From a virus (taxonomy: Duplodnaviria; Caudoviricetes), in the IMG/VR virus record IMGVR_UViG_3300020042_003994, positions 1 to 26,051 of that record: DNA of 26,051 nt; one strand, written 5' to 3'. Positions 24,065-26,051 of the stretch are shown here, one piece after another. The notes under the pieces are model-generated. The model saw only the letters and a list, made by a program, of their open reading frames with translations, did no database searches and was not told where the DNA came from. Every line of letters begins with the position of its first letter. The first letter of the stretch is position 1. A program made the translations under genes and the position numbers.

Positions 24065-25933
24065 TCATCTCAACCCATCTGGACGCAAATCAACACGCGG
24101 GCTACCTAGTTGCCAGCCCGTACCTAATTGATTGGCTTCTATCGTAAAGATAAACTGCCTGCCGCGCACGCGAATAAACACCTGCCCCGTAAATTCTTCA
24201 ATCGGCACGCTTGCCGTTCTAGTGACCGTTGCATCACTACTTCCACCCAGAGACTGCGGGTTGTTAAACCCAGAGCCTGAATTCTTCATTGGGATAATGC
24301 TCATTGTGACTTGAGGACTGCCACCTGTGTCAGAGCTTCTAAACGTAATATCAGGCAACATACGATAGATAAACGAAAACTTATGCCCGTCTTGTGGGTC
24401 CCACTCAGCCGATTCAATGTACGAATTGATAGCTGTGAGCGTTGCAGTCTCGCCGTTATCCACGCCAGACTCGTGGTTGACAAGGTTGTAGCTGTAGGTT
24501 GCTGCCACGGGGTTGTTGCGTGTGCCGCTATCAACCCAAGCTGTGCGTGCCAATGACCCGTAATACCAGATGCTTTCGGAATAGTTAAACACAACGTATA
24601 AGTCAACGGTTGTCGAGCTTTCTGAGCAGTAGAACCACCAAATTTCGTTAAAGGCTTCATTAGTGCCTGAAAAGACCTGAAGGGACTGCTGTAAGTTGAT
24701 GTTGCTAAATACGTGTTGGCGCAAATCGCATTTCAATGTCTGCACCGTACCGTCGTATTTATAGAACTTATCTACACCCATCCAGTACGCCACGCCAGAT
24801 GCCAAGGACACCGCGTTTGGTCCAATACATGATAAGTTGTCCCCAAGCAGGGTTGCACCCCACACAATCGGTGCGCCTACATACTGCATTGAATACAACG
24901 ATGTGTCGGTAAATACCAGAACCTCTTGGCGTACTTGCAATGCCGTTTGAATCGACGAGCCGTGTGAGAGCCTAAGATTGCCTGCTTGATTCGTAGCGGC
25001 AGGTGTCCAATCGACTGCTGATTCTTGGTCTGACCAACGAATAAACAATGGGTCTTGTATGGCACTACCTATCTCATTGCAACCAAATGCAAACACAAAT
25101 CGCGACACGTCTGAAACTAAAATAAAGTTTTGCACAACCGGCACATTGGATGCCGAGGGTCTAGAAGTTAGCGCTACACCTCTTACGGTTACGCTTGTAG
25201 CAGCTACCCAGTAGAACATTGCCCCGCCGCGAGGACCAAAGATTAAATCCTCGCCAAAGTTGTTTTGCGACCAAAGGCGCAATGCCGCGCTTGAAGTCCC
25301 GCCAACACCCCAAAACCCAGAACTCCATAATCCTGCGCCCCAGCCCACAATAGGGATTTGGTACTCAGGACCCACATTGAGTTGATATGCTGCTACCGTT
25401 AATGCGCCACCGTTACCTGTATCGCTTGCATTGGCTAGGGTTGTGACGTTAATGGTGTAAGTATTTACTGTGGGTACAGAAACAATTTGGCGTTCTTGAT
25501 TAAGCACCGTAGCGGTAATAGCACCGCCCAAAGACACAGCAAGCGTGTAAGTTACAAAGTCGCCCACAATACATCCGTGAGCAGCATCAGTCACTGTTAA
25601 TACCGCTGAACCGTTTGTTGCTGCAAAGGTAGCTGTGCCAGTTCTGGTAGATCGAATCGGTGTAATGTCGTAATAAACACCGCCGTTCTCAATGTAGTAT
25701 TTGAGGTTTGTGCCAACCGCCATAAGGTTTGCGCCACCCAGCGTAATCCAATTCCATAGCGCACGGCAAACGCCTTGAAACGTACTTACTGACAAACGCA
25801 CCCAACCGCCAATAGACTCAGGTGCGCCTTGCCGAAAACGAATTTTGTCGCAGACGTACCAACCCGACTCGCTTGCATAGCGGGTATTTTCTCTGTTGAC
25901 CCCGGGTTTAAGTGCAAGTTTCGTTAACGCCAT
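24065..25933 (-). CDS. Tail nozzle / virion stabilisation protein (P22 gp10- / T7 gp12-like beta-propeller)
   Basis: KPGVNRE.T.Y..E.GW...DKIRFR.G.PE.IGGW start; IRWSDQE...W.P...NQAG; beta-rich; ends RVRGRQ...WQLG.PR.D..PDG.R. Confidence 0.75.
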   Translation of the reverse strand: MALTKLALKPGVNRENTRYASESGWYVCDKIRFRQGAPESIGGWVRLSVSTFQGVCRALWNWITLGGANLMAVGTNLKYYIENGGVYYDITPIRSTRTGTATFAATNGSAVLTVTDAAHGCIVGDFVTYTLAVSLGGAITATVLNQERQIVSVPTVNTYTINVTTLANASDTGNGGALTVAAYQLNVGPEYQIPIVGWGAGLWSSGFWGVGGTSSAALRLWSQNNFGEDLIFGPRGGAMFYWVAATSVTVRGVALTSRPSASNVPVVQNFILVSDVSRFVFAFGCNEIGSAIQDPLFIRWSDQESAVDWTPAATNQAGNLRLSHGSSIQTALQVRQEVLVFTDTSLYSMQYVGAPIVWGATLLGDNLSCIGPNAVSLASGVAYWMGVDKFYKYDGTVQTLKCDLRQHVFSNINLQQSLQVFSGTNEAFNEIWWFYCSESSTTVDLYVVFNYSESIWYYGSLARTAWVDSGTRNNPVAATYSYNLVNHESGVDNGETATLTAINSYIESAEWDPQDGHKFSFIYRMLPDITFRSSDTGGSPQVTMSIIPMKNSGSGFNNPQSLGGSSDATVTRTASVPIEEFTGQVFIRVRGRQFIFTIEANQLGTGWQLGSPRVDLRPDGLR

Positions 25934-25942
25934 AACTAAACC

Positions 25943-26050
25943 TTACGGTAAATTACCACCGACTGGGAAGGTTGCACCTACTGGCGCTTGAGTAATAACA
26001 GTCGAGCCAACTTTAACATGTCCACCATCAAAGGGCGACTCATTTAGTGG
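25943..26050 (-). CDS. Partial hypothetical protein (3' end: ...PLNESPFDGGHVKVGSTVITQAPVGATFPVGGNLP*)
   Basis: Open frame from the window edge to TAA at 25943-25945; the stop overlaps the AAGG RBS of the next gene. Confidence 0.5.
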   Translation of the reverse strand, partial: PLNESPFDGGHVKVGSTVITQAPVGATFPVGGNLP

Positions 26051-26051
26051 T

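Noticed and set aside
11286-25065. Numerous 60-216 aa shadow ORFs opposite or within the virion genes (likewise on the - strand of the replication arm)
   Set aside because: They are fully nested in long motif-bearing genes, with no convincing RBS or motifs; expected from codon bias
1-26051. tRNA, rRNA, integrase/att site, diversity-generating retroelement
   Set aside because: No cloverleaf in the short intergenic gaps, no recombinase or reverse transcriptase motifs, and no adenine-specific template/variable repeat pair were seen

Overview
This is a 26-kb segment of a dsDNA tailed bacteriophage, probably podovirus-like, with two convergent arms. The + strand (1-10889) is a tightly coupled early/replication module. 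It encodes small hypothetical proteins, a DUF3310 protein, a VRR-NUC nuclease, a family A DNA polymerase (Leu762 type), a Cas4-like PD-(D/E)XK exonuclease, an HNH-like protein, an SNF2 helicase, Xis-like and Cro-like HTH proteins, an SSB and a RepB-like primase/DUF927 helicase fusion. The - strand (10964-26051) is the end of the virion operon. It encodes a tail nozzle/stabilisation protein, several internal (ejection-type) proteins and a ~2230-aa polyvalent protein with zincin peptidase, ADP-ribosyltransferase-like and LPD38-like domains. Three observations stand out. (1) A complete ~64-nt small-RNA transcription unit sits at the convergence point, with its own promoter, 5' hairpin, anti-Shine-Dalgarno core and terminator; it is complementary to the ribosome-binding regions of phage genes, notably the SSB. 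(2) The AT-rich ART domain of the polyvalent protein is bracketed by an exact in-frame 12-bp direct repeat encoding EESL, next to a HExxH peptidase. (3) CCWGG and GGCC appear to be strongly avoided. All family calls come from motif recognition by eye; no database search was run.
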